In this document: one piece after another, positions 17,198 through 27,408 of the stretch
How the letters are laid out: the number at the start of each line of letters is the position of its first letter
Position numbering within the stretch: position 1 is the first letter of the stretch
Assembly (NCBI GenBank): GCA_046536795.1
Contig: JAWDMB010000001.1
Coordinates: forward strand, 74,449-138,448
DNA: 64,000 nt
Reading direction: 5' to 3'
Origin: Candidatus Micrarchaeota archaeon
Lineage (GTDB): Archaea > Micrarchaeota > Micrarchaeia > Micrarchaeales > CABMGC01
The notes under the pieces: generated by a model
Database searches by the model: none
The model's input: only the letters and a program-made list of their open reading frames with translations
Told to the model about the DNA's origin: nothing
Position numbers and translations under genes: made by a program

Positions 17198-18814
17198 ATG
17201 AATAAAATAGATTATCTTATATTAGTATTCTTCGTCGCCGTAGTTGTAGTGGCTCTTTATATTAGATTTACTTATCAGCCGCCTGTAAATTTAGATCTAA
17301 CACTCTCAAGTAGCAACAGCACAATCTACCCATTTCAAAAAGCAGAAGTACAGATTAGTGTTGACAATATAGGAAGCAGCAACATAAATGGAATGGGACT
17401 TGAAGTTTTAGTAAATGGAAATGCAAGCAGAGAGTATAGTCTTACGATACCCAGCGGGAAAGAGGCTGTTTTCTACTTTAACTTCACCCCGAATACGTAT
17501 GGTATATATAACATAACTGCAGTAGCGGATCCTGCGAAGCTTTACCCGATAATTGATAGGTCAAAAACTATTGCCACCACAATTATAAATGTAAAAGCAC
17601 CACAAGCATTAGAGGCTTATGCACCAATAAGTTCAAATGGTCTTATATATCTGAAGGAAGCGAATCTTACTTCCGTGGGGGCGCTTGTTGCTACGTTTCT
17701 ATATTATAATTATTCAATTAATGAACTAAATTTTGCAGATCTTAACTTACCATATACGCTCTTTACTTCGCTAATCGGGATTGCACACAATTATATAAGC
17801 GATATTGGTGTTGCTTATGCAAACTATTCAAACGGCAGCTCTATTTACTCGATTTGGCTTGAAGGAAGCATAAACCAAAATGCGATACTTAGCGCATTAC
17901 AAGCGGTAAATGCAAGCTATACACAAAAAGAGGTTAATGGCAATAATGTTACACTTGCAGAACTTGGAAAAAATATAACACTATGTAGCTGGTACTCTAA
18001 CGGCTGGATAAAGAATATAGTATATAAAAATGGCTCATGCCTAAGCCTTATTGATAAAAATTATACCAACCCATTACCAAACAATCCTGCATTTACCAAA
18101 ATGGAAAACTTCATGCCAAACAATACGGTGTTGCTTGCTGATTATAAAGCATATTATTTCCCAACAAATTCCCCATATGCTGCAAGGATTTTAGCTTATT
18201 CGAATGCTGTTATTGTGCCGAGCATCAATCAAAATCCGGTAAGCCTCGTATGCTATGGTATAATAACAAACATAACAAATCAGAGCTATTGCAGCACATA
18301 CATATTCCAAGCATCGCATAAGATAGGCAAGCTTGGTCTTGTGAGAACGAGCACGTTTATAGTACCGTATAACTTTACCCTTTTCTCGCTTGTTAACCAA
18401 AGCGCAATAATCTCTGCTGTACCTGTAAATATAAATCTGCTTAAAGAGCTTGGCGCAAATGGAAGCTCGTTTGTTTTCTCTTCCGGATTTACAAACTATT
18501 GCAATGTTGAAAACTTTAGCTGCATCAACGTAAAGTTTGCAAATGGCCAGATATACTTTACTCTAAAGAATATTATGAATAGGAGTGTTACAATAAATGG
18601 TATAAACTGCTTTATCGGAAAGGGCAAAGAAACGCCTGCAAATATTAGCATTGCACCTGGTTCAAATGCAAGCCTCGTTGCTACATGCTATCAGAACAAT
18701 ACTATAATAACCGGTATCCCGCTAGGCTTAAGAGTGGCTCTTAATGTTAGCTATGTTATAAACAATGAAAGAAGGAACGCCCTTGGTAGTGCTATTATTA
18801 ACTTCTTTGGCTAA
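17198..18814 (+). CDS. membrane-anchored extracellular protein, CARDB-like domain, heavily N-glycosylation-sequon-rich
   Basis: 538 aa. N-terminal TM or signal segment (LILVFFVAVVVVALYI). CARDB-like segment (EVQISVDNIGSSNINGMGLEVLVNG..YSLTIPSGKEAVFYFNFTP). About two dozen N-x-S/T sequons by my count. Confidence 0.55.
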   Translation: MNKIDYLILVFFVAVVVVALYIRFTYQPPVNLDLTLSSSNSTIYPFQKAEVQISVDNIGSSNINGMGLEVLVNGNASREYSLTIPSGKEAVFYFNFTPNTYGIYNITAVADPAKLYPIIDRSKTIATTIINVKAPQALEAYAPISSNGLIYLKEANLTSVGALVATFLYYNYSINELNFADLNLPYTLFTSLIGIAHNYISDIGVAYANYSNGSSIYSIWLEGSINQNAILSALQAVNASYTQKEVNGNNVTLAELGKNITLCSWYSNGWIKNIVYKNGSCLSLIDKNYTNPLPNNPAFTKMENFMPNNTVLLADYKAYYFPTNSPYAARILAYSNAVIVPSINQNPVSLVCYGIITNITNQSYCSTYIFQASHKIGKLGLVRTSTFIVPYNFTLFSLVNQSAIISAVPVNINLLKELGANGSSFVFSSGFTNYCNVENFSCINVKFANGQIYFTLKNIMNRSVTINGINCFIGKGKETPANISIAPGSNASLVATCYQNNTIITGIPLGLRVALNVSYVINNERRNALGSAIINFFG

Positions 18815-18822
18815 GTGGTCTT

Positions 18823-21606
18823 TTGCTTGAAGATAAAAAAGAGGTTTATGAGTATTTCTTATCAAAGTTCAAAGAATTTAGCGAGATACAAAAACGTGCA
18901 ATAGGCGAAGTTGAACGCGGAGAAAATTGTATAATAACCGCTCCGACAGGAACAGGTAAAACCGAGGCCGCTATACTCCCCGTACTCGAAAAGATTAGAG
19001 AGGAACATTCTGTTGGAATCAGGGCTATCTATATTACACCGCTTCGATCACTTAACAGAGATTTACTAAAAAGGCTTGAAGATATCTGCAGCAAGTTTAA
19101 GATAAGCATAGCGGTTAGACATGGAGATACACCTAACAAAGAAAGAAGTGCACAGACAAGAAAGCCACCGCAGCTTCTAATAACAACCCCAGAAACGCTG
19201 CAGATTATATTAATTACAAAGTCATTTAGAAACGCCCTAAAGAATGTTAAGACAGTTATAGTAGATGAACTACACGAATTATATCACACAAAGAGGGGGG
19301 CCCAGCTCTCTATTGCGTTGGAGAGGCTTGTCGAAATTGCTGGCGAATTTCAAAGAATAGGAATAAGTGCAACGGTGGGCAATCTAAATGAGGCTGCACT
19401 CTTCTTGTTTGGCAAAAGAGAATATGAAATAATAAAAGATAGCGGGGAGAAAAAATTTTCATTAACGGTAGAGAAGCCAAATGAACCAATCTACAATTAT
19501 AAGGAGCTTAGAGAAAAATTTTCGCTTGATAAAGAATCAATCGCAAGAATAGAAAGGATTATTTCGCTTATAAAAGAAAACAGAAAGAGTATACTTTTTG
19601 TAAATACGCGACAAATTGCAGAATCGCTTGGAAGCAAAATAATATATTTATCAAATATATATAAATTCGGGCCTGTTGCAATTCATCATAGCTCGCTTGA
19701 CAAAGAAGAAAGAATAAAGGTAGAGGATGCTTTTAAGAAGGGTGAAATAAAAAGCATTATTGCAACTAGTTCTTTAGAGCTCGGCATAGATATAGGTGAT
19801 GTTGATCTTGTAATGCAATATGGCTCTCCAAAACAGGTAACAAGGCTTATTCAGAGAGTCGGAAGAAGCGGACATGGCATTAAGGGTGAAGCCAAAGGAA
19901 CTATAATAGTAGGAAGTATCATCGATGCATTAGAATCCGGGGTTATTGCAAGGCTCTCTATTGAAAGAAGACTTGAAGAGGAAAGAATAGAAAGAAACCC
20001 TGCTGATGTTGTGGCTAATCAGATTGCTTCAATCGCCCTTGAATATAACAGCATATGTGAAAGCAAGGTGATAAAAATTTTCACAAGAGCAGGGCCTTTT
20101 ATTGATCTTAAAAAAGAAACTTTTGAAGGAATACTAAAAACACTTGAAGAGCAGCATATCATAAAGCGCGCTAACAATCTAATATTAAGAGGCTCGAAGA
20201 CCTTAAAATATTTTATAAATAACATAAGTGTGATACCAGACGTTTCAAGATTTGTCGTGAAAAATATTGCAACGAATAAGATAGTTTCATCGCTTGATGA
20301 AAGATTCGTTGCAAACTATATAGATGAAGGTTCAGACTTTATAGCAAAAGGCTTACCATGGCATGTTGTTAGTATAGATAAAGGCGTAATCTATGTTGAG
20401 CCTTCAACAAGCATAGAAGCTGCTATTCCTGATTGGGAGGGCGAAGATATTCCCGTTTCGTTTGAGGTTGCTAATGCTGTAGGAACTCTTTTAGAAAAAG
20501 AGGATATAGGCTTTATAGAGAAGAATATAGGCAATGAATTAAGTAAAGAGATAAGCTTGTTCTTTGAAAAGCAAAACAAGTATTACAGGTTCGAGAAGGG
20601 CAAAATACCTGTAGAGATACGTGGAGATTATGTAATAATTTATTCTCCGCTAGGAAAGCTTGCTAATGACTTTTTAGGCAAGATAATAGGTAGCATTTTT
20701 ACTGCTGATGCAGGCACTACTACAATAAAGACTACGCCTTATGCAATTATATTAGATATTAGCCTTGCAAAGAAAAGACCAAATATTAAAATGGATCTAA
20801 GCATACTAAAAGAATTTAACATAGAAAACCTGATAAACAACAGCGCGATTATTTCACAGTCAGAGCTTTTCAGATATAAGTTCGTGCAAATTGCAAAACT
20901 TTTCGGCATAATCGAAAAAGAAGCGGCTGTCACAAGAAATATTGCTGATAGGCTTATCCAGCTTTATAAGGGAAGTGAAATTTATAAGGAAGTTGTAAGG
21001 GACTTATACAAGAATTATTACGATATTGAACATGTAAATGAATTTCTTAGCTCACTTAGAGAAGGAAACCTGCATTTTGAATTTTACGATTTCGGTGAAC
21101 TGAGCCCTTTTGCAAATGAAGTGCTCAGATCGGCATACTATTACAAAGAGCTCCTTCTGCCAGCAACTCCCGGAAGCAGCGAACTTAAACAGTTTATAGA
21201 GGGCATAGAGAAGAAAACGGTTGAGCTACTATGTACCTTTTGCGGATTTAGGTTTTCCAAAAGCTTAAGCGAGCTGAAGGAAGGTGATAAGATAAAGTGT
21301 CCAGCATGTGGGAGCAATATGGTGTCTATATATAGAGAAGAGTATATGGAAAGCATAGAAAAAGTGAAAAAAAGTGAAAAATTATCTGAAAAAGAAAAAG
21401 AGTACTATTCTGAGAGCCTTACTTGCGCAGATTTAATAAATGAATATGGTAAAAGGGCACTTATCGCACTTTCAACATATGGTATAGGCGTAAAAACAGC
21501 TGCAAAAATACTTAAAATGATAAGAAGTGATTACAATTACTTCCTCATAGATTTAATAGAAGCACAAAAAAATTATATAAAGTACAGAAAGTTCTGGAGG
21601 GAATAA
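18823..21606 (+). CDS. lhr: Lhr-type DEAD/DEAH-box helicase
   Basis: 927 aa. TAPTGTGKTEAA, YITPLRSLNRD, VDELHE and QRVGRSGH, followed by a long Lhr-like C-terminal region with a CxxC..CxxC ribbon. TTG start. Confidence 0.85.
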   Translation: MLEDKKEVYEYFLSKFKEFSEIQKRAIGEVERGENCIITAPTGTGKTEAAILPVLEKIREEHSVGIRAIYITPLRSLNRDLLKRLEDICSKFKISIAVRHGDTPNKERSAQTRKPPQLLITTPETLQIILITKSFRNALKNVKTVIVDELHELYHTKRGAQLSIALERLVEIAGEFQRIGISATVGNLNEAALFLFGKREYEIIKDSGEKKFSLTVEKPNEPIYNYKELREKFSLDKESIARIERIISLIKENRKSILFVNTRQIAESLGSKIIYLSNIYKFGPVAIHHSSLDKEERIKVEDAFKKGEIKSIIATSSLELGIDIGDVDLVMQYGSPKQVTRLIQRVGRSGHGIKGEAKGTIIVGSIIDALESGVIARLSIERRLEEERIERNPADVVANQIASIALEYNSICESKVIKIFTRAGPFIDLKKETFEGILKTLEEQHIIKRANNLILRGSKTLKYFINNISVIPDVSRFVVKNIATNKIVSSLDERFVANYIDEGSDFIAKGLPWHVVSIDKGVIYVEPSTSIEAAIPDWEGEDIPVSFEVANAVGTLLEKEDIGFIEKNIGNELSKEISLFFEKQNKYYRFEKGKIPVEIRGDYVIIYSPLGKLANDFLGKIIGSIFTADAGTTTIKTTPYAIILDISLAKKRPNIKMDLSILKEFNIENLINNSAIISQSELFRYKFVQIAKLFGIIEKEAAVTRNIADRLIQLYKGSEIYKEVVRDLYKNYYDIEHVNEFLSSLREGNLHFEFYDFGELSPFANEVLRSAYYYKELLLPATPGSSELKQFIEGIEKKTVELLCTFCGFRFSKSLSELKEGDKIKCPACGSNMVSIYREEYMESIEKVKKSEKLSEKEKEYYSESLTCADLINEYGKRALIALSTYGIGVKTAAKILKMIRSDYNYFLIDLIEAQKNYIKYRKFWRE

Positions 21607-21610
21607 AAAA

Positions 21611-24010
21611 TTATGCAAAGATCTGTGCATCTATCATTTTTGCACCTTCATCGAGCTTCATAAGTCTTACCCCACTTGCATTTCTTCCTGTTATCCTTAT
21701 ACTTGCCGCATCAAACGATATTGCTATTCCTTTTGAATTTATCAAAACTACATTTGCTTCGCCGCTTAAGAATAGAGATTTTGCAACATAGCCTGTTTTT
21801 TCAGTAACCTTGATATTTAGAACCCCCATACCTCCCCTCTTTTGCACCCTGTATTTGCCCACTTCGGTAAGCTTGCCGTATCCATTCTCTGTAACTGTTA
21901 GTATGTAACCTATATCACCAGCGGCTATTATGTTCTTAGCTTCATCGCCACTTGCAAGCTTTATACCTCTTACCCCCATCGCACCTCTGCCAACATGCCT
22001 TAGCTCTGCTTCCTCAAATTTTATAGCTTTGCCTAATTTGCTCATTATAAACAAGTATTTCTCATTAATGTATGATATGGCGTCAACAACTGAATCGTTT
22101 TCTCTAAGTGTAATTGCTGTTATGCCCGTTGACCTGGGTCTTGAAAAGAGCCTTGCGCGCATCTTCTTTACCAAGCCATTCTTTGTTAGTAGTACTATGT
22201 TTGAATTTTCAAGATCGCGTAGTGGGAATAAGACTATTATTTTCTCTTCTTTCAGATTAAGTAGATTTACTATACTCTTTCCTTCAGAATAGCGATTTCC
22301 TTCTGGTATTTTATAAGCCTTAAGCCAATATGCACGCCCTTTGTCTGATACACAAAGCAGATAATCTTTCGTATTGCATGTAATTATTTGCTTAACATAG
22401 TCTCCTTCCTTAAGATTTATAGCGATAATTCCTTTGCCACCTCTCGCTTGTCCCTTGTAGTAATCGAGGCTCATCCTCTTTATATAACCAGTATTCGTGT
22501 ATATCACAGTTGTTCTTTCGTTGCTTATCAGATCTTCTTCTTTAAGCTCTACCTCCTCTTCTTCTACTTCCATTACCTCTGTTCTTCTACTCCTTCCATA
22601 TTTCTGTTTTATCTCTTCTGTTTCATTGACTATTATCTTATCTACTTCTTTTGGATTTGATAAAACTTCGTTGTAGTATTTTATTTTTTCCAAAAGGCTC
22701 GAGCGCTCGCTGCTTATTGAATCATATTCCAAATGAGTAAGCCTGCTAAGCTTCGTTTCAAGTATTGCATTCGCTTGTTTCTCGCTGAGCGAAAAAGAAG
22801 CCATTAGCTTTGCCTTTGCATCACTTACTGAAGTGCTTTCCCTTATTAATTTAACAACCTCATTGATGTTTGATATTGCTATTATAAGACCATCAAGTAT
22901 GTGCACCCTTTCGCTTGCTTTATTTAACTCAAATGTTGTTCTTCTCTTTATTATCTCTCTTCTGTAATTGATAAACGTTTGGACAAGCTGCAGAATATTG
23001 AAGTTCTTAAGACTTTTACCTATCACCGCGAGGTTTATTATAGGAAAAGTTACTTCAAGCTGAGTGTGCTTATAAAGCGCATTAAGCACGCTATTCCCAT
23101 CCTCGCCGTTTTTTAGCTCTATGACAATGTGCACACCATCTTTTCCGCTTTCATCTCTTATGTTAGATATGCCCGTTATTTTCTTCTCTTTTACAAGCTC
23201 GATTATGCTTTTGATAAGCTCTGATTTATTTACATTGTATGGAATCTCGCTTACTATTATTTCATTCTTTTTTTCATCAATTGTTGCCTTTGCTCTTATT
23301 GTAACCTGCCCCCTACCATATCTGTAGCCGTTATAGGCGTTGTTTGACATGAGCACTATGCCCCCTGTAGGGAAGTCAGGCCCTTTTATTATTTTAAGCA
23401 GATCATCTACTGTCACGTCTTCGTGCTCTATTGTATATATTATAGCATCGCATACCTCTACCAGGTTGTGCGGTGGTATACTTGTTGCAACCCCAACTGC
23501 AATTCCAGCTGCACCATTTACAAGCAGATTTGGAATCTTAGATGGCAATGTTACCGGCTCTTTTTCGGTATTATCAAAGTTAGGCACAAAATCAACGGTA
23601 TCTTTATCAAGATCAGCAAGCATCTCTTCGGCAAAGCTTGTGAGCCTTACCTCAGTATAACGCATTGCTGCAGGTGGATCCCCGTCTATAGAGCCGAAGT
23701 TGCCTTGCCCTTCAACAAGCACATGATTCATAGCGAAGTCCTGTGCAAGCCTTACTAAGGCATCATAAACAGCAATATCGCCGTGTGGGTGGTATTTACC
23801 TATAACCTCTCCAACGACCCTTGCGCTCTTTTTCGTTGGCTGGTTATGAAGGTTATTAATATTATACATCGCGTAAAGGATCCTTCTCTGTGCAGGCTTA
23901 AGACCATCTCTAGCATCAGGAATAGCTCTTCCTATTATTACGCTCATTGCATAGTCTATGTAGCTTGATTGCAGTTCGTCTTCGAGCTGAGTTGGGAGTA
24001 TCTTCTCCAT
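21611..24010 (-). CDS. gyrA: DNA gyrase subunit A
   Basis: 799 aa. DGLKPAQRRILYAM, GKYHPHGD and AAMRYTE motifs, then C-terminal beta-pinwheel repeats. Confidence 0.95.
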   Translation of the reverse strand: MEKILPTQLEDELQSSYIDYAMSVIIGRAIPDARDGLKPAQRRILYAMYNINNLHNQPTKKSARVVGEVIGKYHPHGDIAVYDALVRLAQDFAMNHVLVEGQGNFGSIDGDPPAAMRYTEVRLTSFAEEMLADLDKDTVDFVPNFDNTEKEPVTLPSKIPNLLVNGAAGIAVGVATSIPPHNLVEVCDAIIYTIEHEDVTVDDLLKIIKGPDFPTGGIVLMSNNAYNGYRYGRGQVTIRAKATIDEKKNEIIVSEIPYNVNKSELIKSIIELVKEKKITGISNIRDESGKDGVHIVIELKNGEDGNSVLNALYKHTQLEVTFPIINLAVIGKSLKNFNILQLVQTFINYRREIIKRRTTFELNKASERVHILDGLIIAISNINEVVKLIRESTSVSDAKAKLMASFSLSEKQANAILETKLSRLTHLEYDSISSERSSLLEKIKYYNEVLSNPKEVDKIIVNETEEIKQKYGRSRRTEVMEVEEEEVELKEEDLISNERTTVIYTNTGYIKRMSLDYYKGQARGGKGIIAINLKEGDYVKQIITCNTKDYLLCVSDKGRAYWLKAYKIPEGNRYSEGKSIVNLLNLKEEKIIVLFPLRDLENSNIVLLTKNGLVKKMRARLFSRPRSTGITAITLRENDSVVDAISYINEKYLFIMSKLGKAIKFEEAELRHVGRGAMGVRGIKLASGDEAKNIIAAGDIGYILTVTENGYGKLTEVGKYRVQKRGGMGVLNIKVTEKTGYVAKSLFLSGEANVVLINSKGIAISFDAASIRITGRNASGVRLMKLDEGAKMIDAQIFA

Positions 24011-24019
24011 CTATACACC

Positions 24020-25936
24020 TTATATATCTAGGAATGCGACCTCACTCGCATGCTCCTCTAAGAATTTCCTTCTCTCGTTTACATCCATCCCCATTAATAT
24101 TGAAAAGAGTTTGTCTGCCCTCTCCGCGTCTGCTATATATACCTTTTTGAGTATTCTCTTTTCAGGATTCATTGTTGTTTCCCAAAGTTGCTCTGGATTC
24201 ATCTCTCCAAGACCTTTGTATCTTTGCACATTTACATCGCTTCCCAGTTCTTTTAGCTTTTCATTAAGCTCAGCATCTGAATAGCAATAATAAACCTCTT
24301 TTCCCTTTGATACCTTATAAAGAGGTGGCTGTGCTATATAAACATAACCCAATTCTATAATCTTTCTTAGATATCTGTAAAAGAAGGTTAGAAGCAACGT
24401 TCTTATATGACTGCCATCTACATCTGCATCAGTCATTATTATTATCTTTTTATACCTTATATTTTCTACATTAAAAGTATCTTTTATTCCTGTGCCAAAA
24501 GCAGCAACCATCGCGTGAAGTTCTTCGTTTTCAAATATTTTTTCATCTGTCGCTTTTTCAACATTAAGAATCTTTCCTCTTAAAGGCAATACCGCCTGTG
24601 TCATCTTGTCTCTGCCTTGTTTACTTGAGCCACCTGCGCTTTCACCCTCAACTATGAAGATTTCACTCTTATCTGGATCCGCACTTATACAATCAGCAAG
24701 CTTGCCTGGAAGTACAGAACCATCAAATATACTTTTCTTTCTAACAAGCTCCCTTGCTTTCCTTGCACTCTCCCTAGCTATGGCCGCATTTATTGCTTTC
24801 TCTGCTATTGCTCGCGCATCAATAGGGTGCTCTTCAAGGTATTGAGAAAAAAGTTGATAAAATGTTGTTTCTACAATGCTTTTTATCTTAGTATTGCCAA
24901 GCTTTTCTTTTGTCTGACCCTCAAATTCAGGGTTTGGTATTCTTATGCTTACTATTGCTGTGAGTCCTTCCCTTACATCATCACCGTTTATCTTAATCTC
25001 TTTTTTTCCGTTCAGCGTTTTGTTCTTTTCTATGTAATTTGTTATCGCTCTTGTTAATGCTGCTCTAAAACCCATTACATGAGTTCCCCCTTCTTCTGTT
25101 TTTACACTATTTACAAAAGATTCTAGTTTTTCATCATAGCTACTGTTGTATTGCAGTGCAAACTCCAATATATTCTGCTCAAACTCTTTTTTGAAATATA
25201 TTGGACTTGTTATTGTGGTCATTCCTTTGTTTAATTCTTTCAAGAAGTCTAGCAATCCGTTCTCCGAATAATATGTTTCTTCATCGTGGGTGCCGAATCT
25301 ATCGTCTATGAAGAAGATTTTGAGCCCAGGATTAAGAAAACTCGTGTATTTAAGTCTTTCTTTAAGTGCTGTAGAATCAAAGGTTGGCGACGGAAAAATT
25401 TCCTTATCTGGTTTAAATTTTATCGCTGTGCCAGTAGTTGTAGCGGGACCTACCTCTTTAAGCTCCGATGTGGGCACGCCCCTACTATAAGTCTGCATAT
25501 ACTCTTTGCCACCCCTCCTTATTCTAACTTCTACAAATTCGGAGAGTGCATTTACTACAGTTAGTCCTACACCATGCAGACCGCCTGCTGTCTTGTAAAC
25601 CTCGTTTGAAAACTTTGCACCAGAATGGAGTGATGTCATTACCACCTCTAGTGCACTTTTGTTATACTTTGGAATAATATCAATAGGTATGCCCCTACCA
25701 TCGTCTATAACCTCGGCTATATCTCCTGTTTCATCTTGCATAAGATGTACAGTAATATTCTTACAATATCCGGCCATTGCTTCGTCAACCGCGTTGTCTA
25801 TAAGCTCAAAAAGCAAATGTAAAACCCCGCTTGAACCTGTAGAACCTATATACATTGCCGGCCTTTTTCGAACTCCCTGCACACCTTCTAATACCACTAT
25901 CTTTGATGCATTGTACTCCTCTTCAGCATTTGTCAT
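24020..25936 (-). CDS. gyrB: DNA gyrase subunit B
   Basis: 638 aa. GHKL ATPase (LEGVQGVRKRPAMYIG, DNAVDE, GGLHGVG), Toprim (EIFIVEGESAGG, DADVDGSHI) and PLRGKILNVE. Confidence 0.95.
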   Translation of the reverse strand: MTNAEEEYNASKIVVLEGVQGVRKRPAMYIGSTGSSGVLHLLFELIDNAVDEAMAGYCKNITVHLMQDETGDIAEVIDDGRGIPIDIIPKYNKSALEVVMTSLHSGAKFSNEVYKTAGGLHGVGLTVVNALSEFVEVRIRRGGKEYMQTYSRGVPTSELKEVGPATTTGTAIKFKPDKEIFPSPTFDSTALKERLKYTSFLNPGLKIFFIDDRFGTHDEETYYSENGLLDFLKELNKGMTTITSPIYFKKEFEQNILEFALQYNSSYDEKLESFVNSVKTEEGGTHVMGFRAALTRAITNYIEKNKTLNGKKEIKINGDDVREGLTAIVSIRIPNPEFEGQTKEKLGNTKIKSIVETTFYQLFSQYLEEHPIDARAIAEKAINAAIARESARKARELVRKKSIFDGSVLPGKLADCISADPDKSEIFIVEGESAGGSSKQGRDKMTQAVLPLRGKILNVEKATDEKIFENEELHAMVAAFGTGIKDTFNVENIRYKKIIIMTDADVDGSHIRTLLLTFFYRYLRKIIELGYVYIAQPPLYKVSKGKEVYYCYSDAELNEKLKELGSDVNVQRYKGLGEMNPEQLWETTMNPEKRILKKVYIADAERADKLFSILMGMDVNERRKFLEEHASEVAFLDI

Positions 25937-26082
25937 AAAGATCAGCTAATAGCTATACTGGCCGTTAGATTTTATTTAGAATTCAAACCTTTTAAACCTT
26001 TTGAGACTATTTTATCGAGAGAAAAAGGCCCTTTTTTGGTTAGATTATTATATTTTTAATTTTAAGTATTATTTGTGGTGGA

Positions 26083-27408
26083 ATGGATAAGGCAAATAGG
26101 AAGAAAATAATTATACTTGGTGCCGCTGGAAGAGATTTCCACGACTTCAATGTTCTTTTTAGAGGAAATAAAGCATATGAGGTTGTTGCATTCACAGCAA
26201 ACCAGATACCGTTTATATCTAACAGAAAATACCCTCGCGAGCTCGCTGGAGAGCAATATAAGGAAGGAATAAAAATTTATGATGAATCACAGCTTGGCTC
26301 ACTTATTGATAAATATAAAGTAGATATCTGTGTGCAGGCATATAGTGATTTGCCGTATCAAGAGGTTATGCACAAAGCAAGCATAGCTAATGCGCATGGT
26401 GCTGACTTTTGGTTGGTTGCACCAGAGAGAACGATGCTCAAGTCAAAAAAACCCGTAATAGCTGTGTGCGCCGTTAGAACAGGCTCTGGAAAGAGCCAAA
26501 CATCGCGCTACATTGCTAGGCTAATTAAACAATACGGAAAGAAACCTGTAGTGATAAGGCACCCCATGCCATATGGTGATCTTGCCAAGCAGGCGGTACA
26601 GAGATTTGAAAATTTAAAAGACCTTGATTTACAGAAATGCACAATAGAAGAAAGGGAGGATTATGAACCGCACATAAGGGAAGGCACAATTGTTTATTCT
26701 GGCGTAGATTATGAAAAAATACTAAGAAGTGCAGAAAAAGAAGCAGATATTATCATATGGGACGGTGGCAATAACGATGCGCCATTTATAAAGCCCGATT
26801 TGATGATAACTGTAGCAGACCCTCTTCGTGCTGGGAACGAACTAAATTATTATCCAGGCGAGACTGTTGCCAGAATGGCAGATATATTACTCATAAACAA
26901 AGTAAACTCAGCAACAAAACCAGAAATAGAAAGATTGGTGAAGAATCTTAAAAGTATAAATAGCAGGGCAGAGATTATTTTTGCTAACTCTGTGATAAGT
27001 GCTGATGGAGAAAAGATTAAGGGTAAAAGAGTGCTTGTTATAGAAGACGGTCCTACAGTAACACATGGTAATATGAAATTTGGAGCCGCGACCGTTGCTG
27101 CTAAGAATTATGGGGCAAAGGAGATTATAGATGCAGAAAAATACGCAGTAGGTACAATAAAAGAAGCTTACAAAAAATACGATATTAAGAAGATACTACC
27201 TGCACTTGGCTATAGCAAAAAGCAGATAGAGGAATTGAAGCAAGTTATTAACAATGCAAAATGCGATGTTGTAGTATCTGCCACGCCAACCGATTTGAAC
27301 AGGATAATAAAGGTGAACAAGCCCATTGTACATGTGAGCTATGAGCTTTCACCAATAGGAAAGAAGTTTGATACTATAATTAAAAATTTCATAAAAAGTT
27401 GTGAGTAA
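26083..27408 (+). CDS. COG2403-like P-loop protein (predicted GTPase / cyclic 2,3-diphosphoglycerate synthetase-like)
   Basis: 441 aa. IIILGAAGRDFHDFNVLFRGN..YEVVAFTANQIP and P-loop AVRTGSGKSQTS. The family was assigned from memory of its N-terminal pattern. Confidence 0.5.
   Translation: MDKANRKKIIILGAAGRDFHDFNVLFRGNKAYEVVAFTANQIPFISNRKYPRELAGEQYKEGIKIYDESQLGSLIDKYKVDICVQAYSDLPYQEVMHKASIANAHGADFWLVAPERTMLKSKKPVIAVCAVRTGSGKSQTSRYIARLIKQYGKKPVVIRHPMPYGDLAKQAVQRFENLKDLDLQKCTIEEREDYEPHIREGTIVYSGVDYEKILRSAEKEADIIIWDGGNNDAPFIKPDLMITVADPLRAGNELNYYPGETVARMADILLINKVNSATKPEIERLVKNLKSINSRAEIIFANSVISADGEKIKGKRVLVIEDGPTVTHGNMKFGAATVAAKNYGAKEIIDAEKYAVGTIKEAYKKYDIKKILPALGYSKKQIEELKQVINNAKCDVVVSATPTDLNRIIKVNKPIVHVSYELSPIGKKFDTIIKNFIKSCE

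Noticed and set aside
21611-25936. Bacterial-type DNA gyrase in an archaeon as a horizontal-transfer novelty.
   Set aside because: Gyrase (gyrB-gyrA) is already known in many Euryarchaeota-related and DPANN lineages. Nothing in these two genes looks atypical, so I did not score it as a finding.
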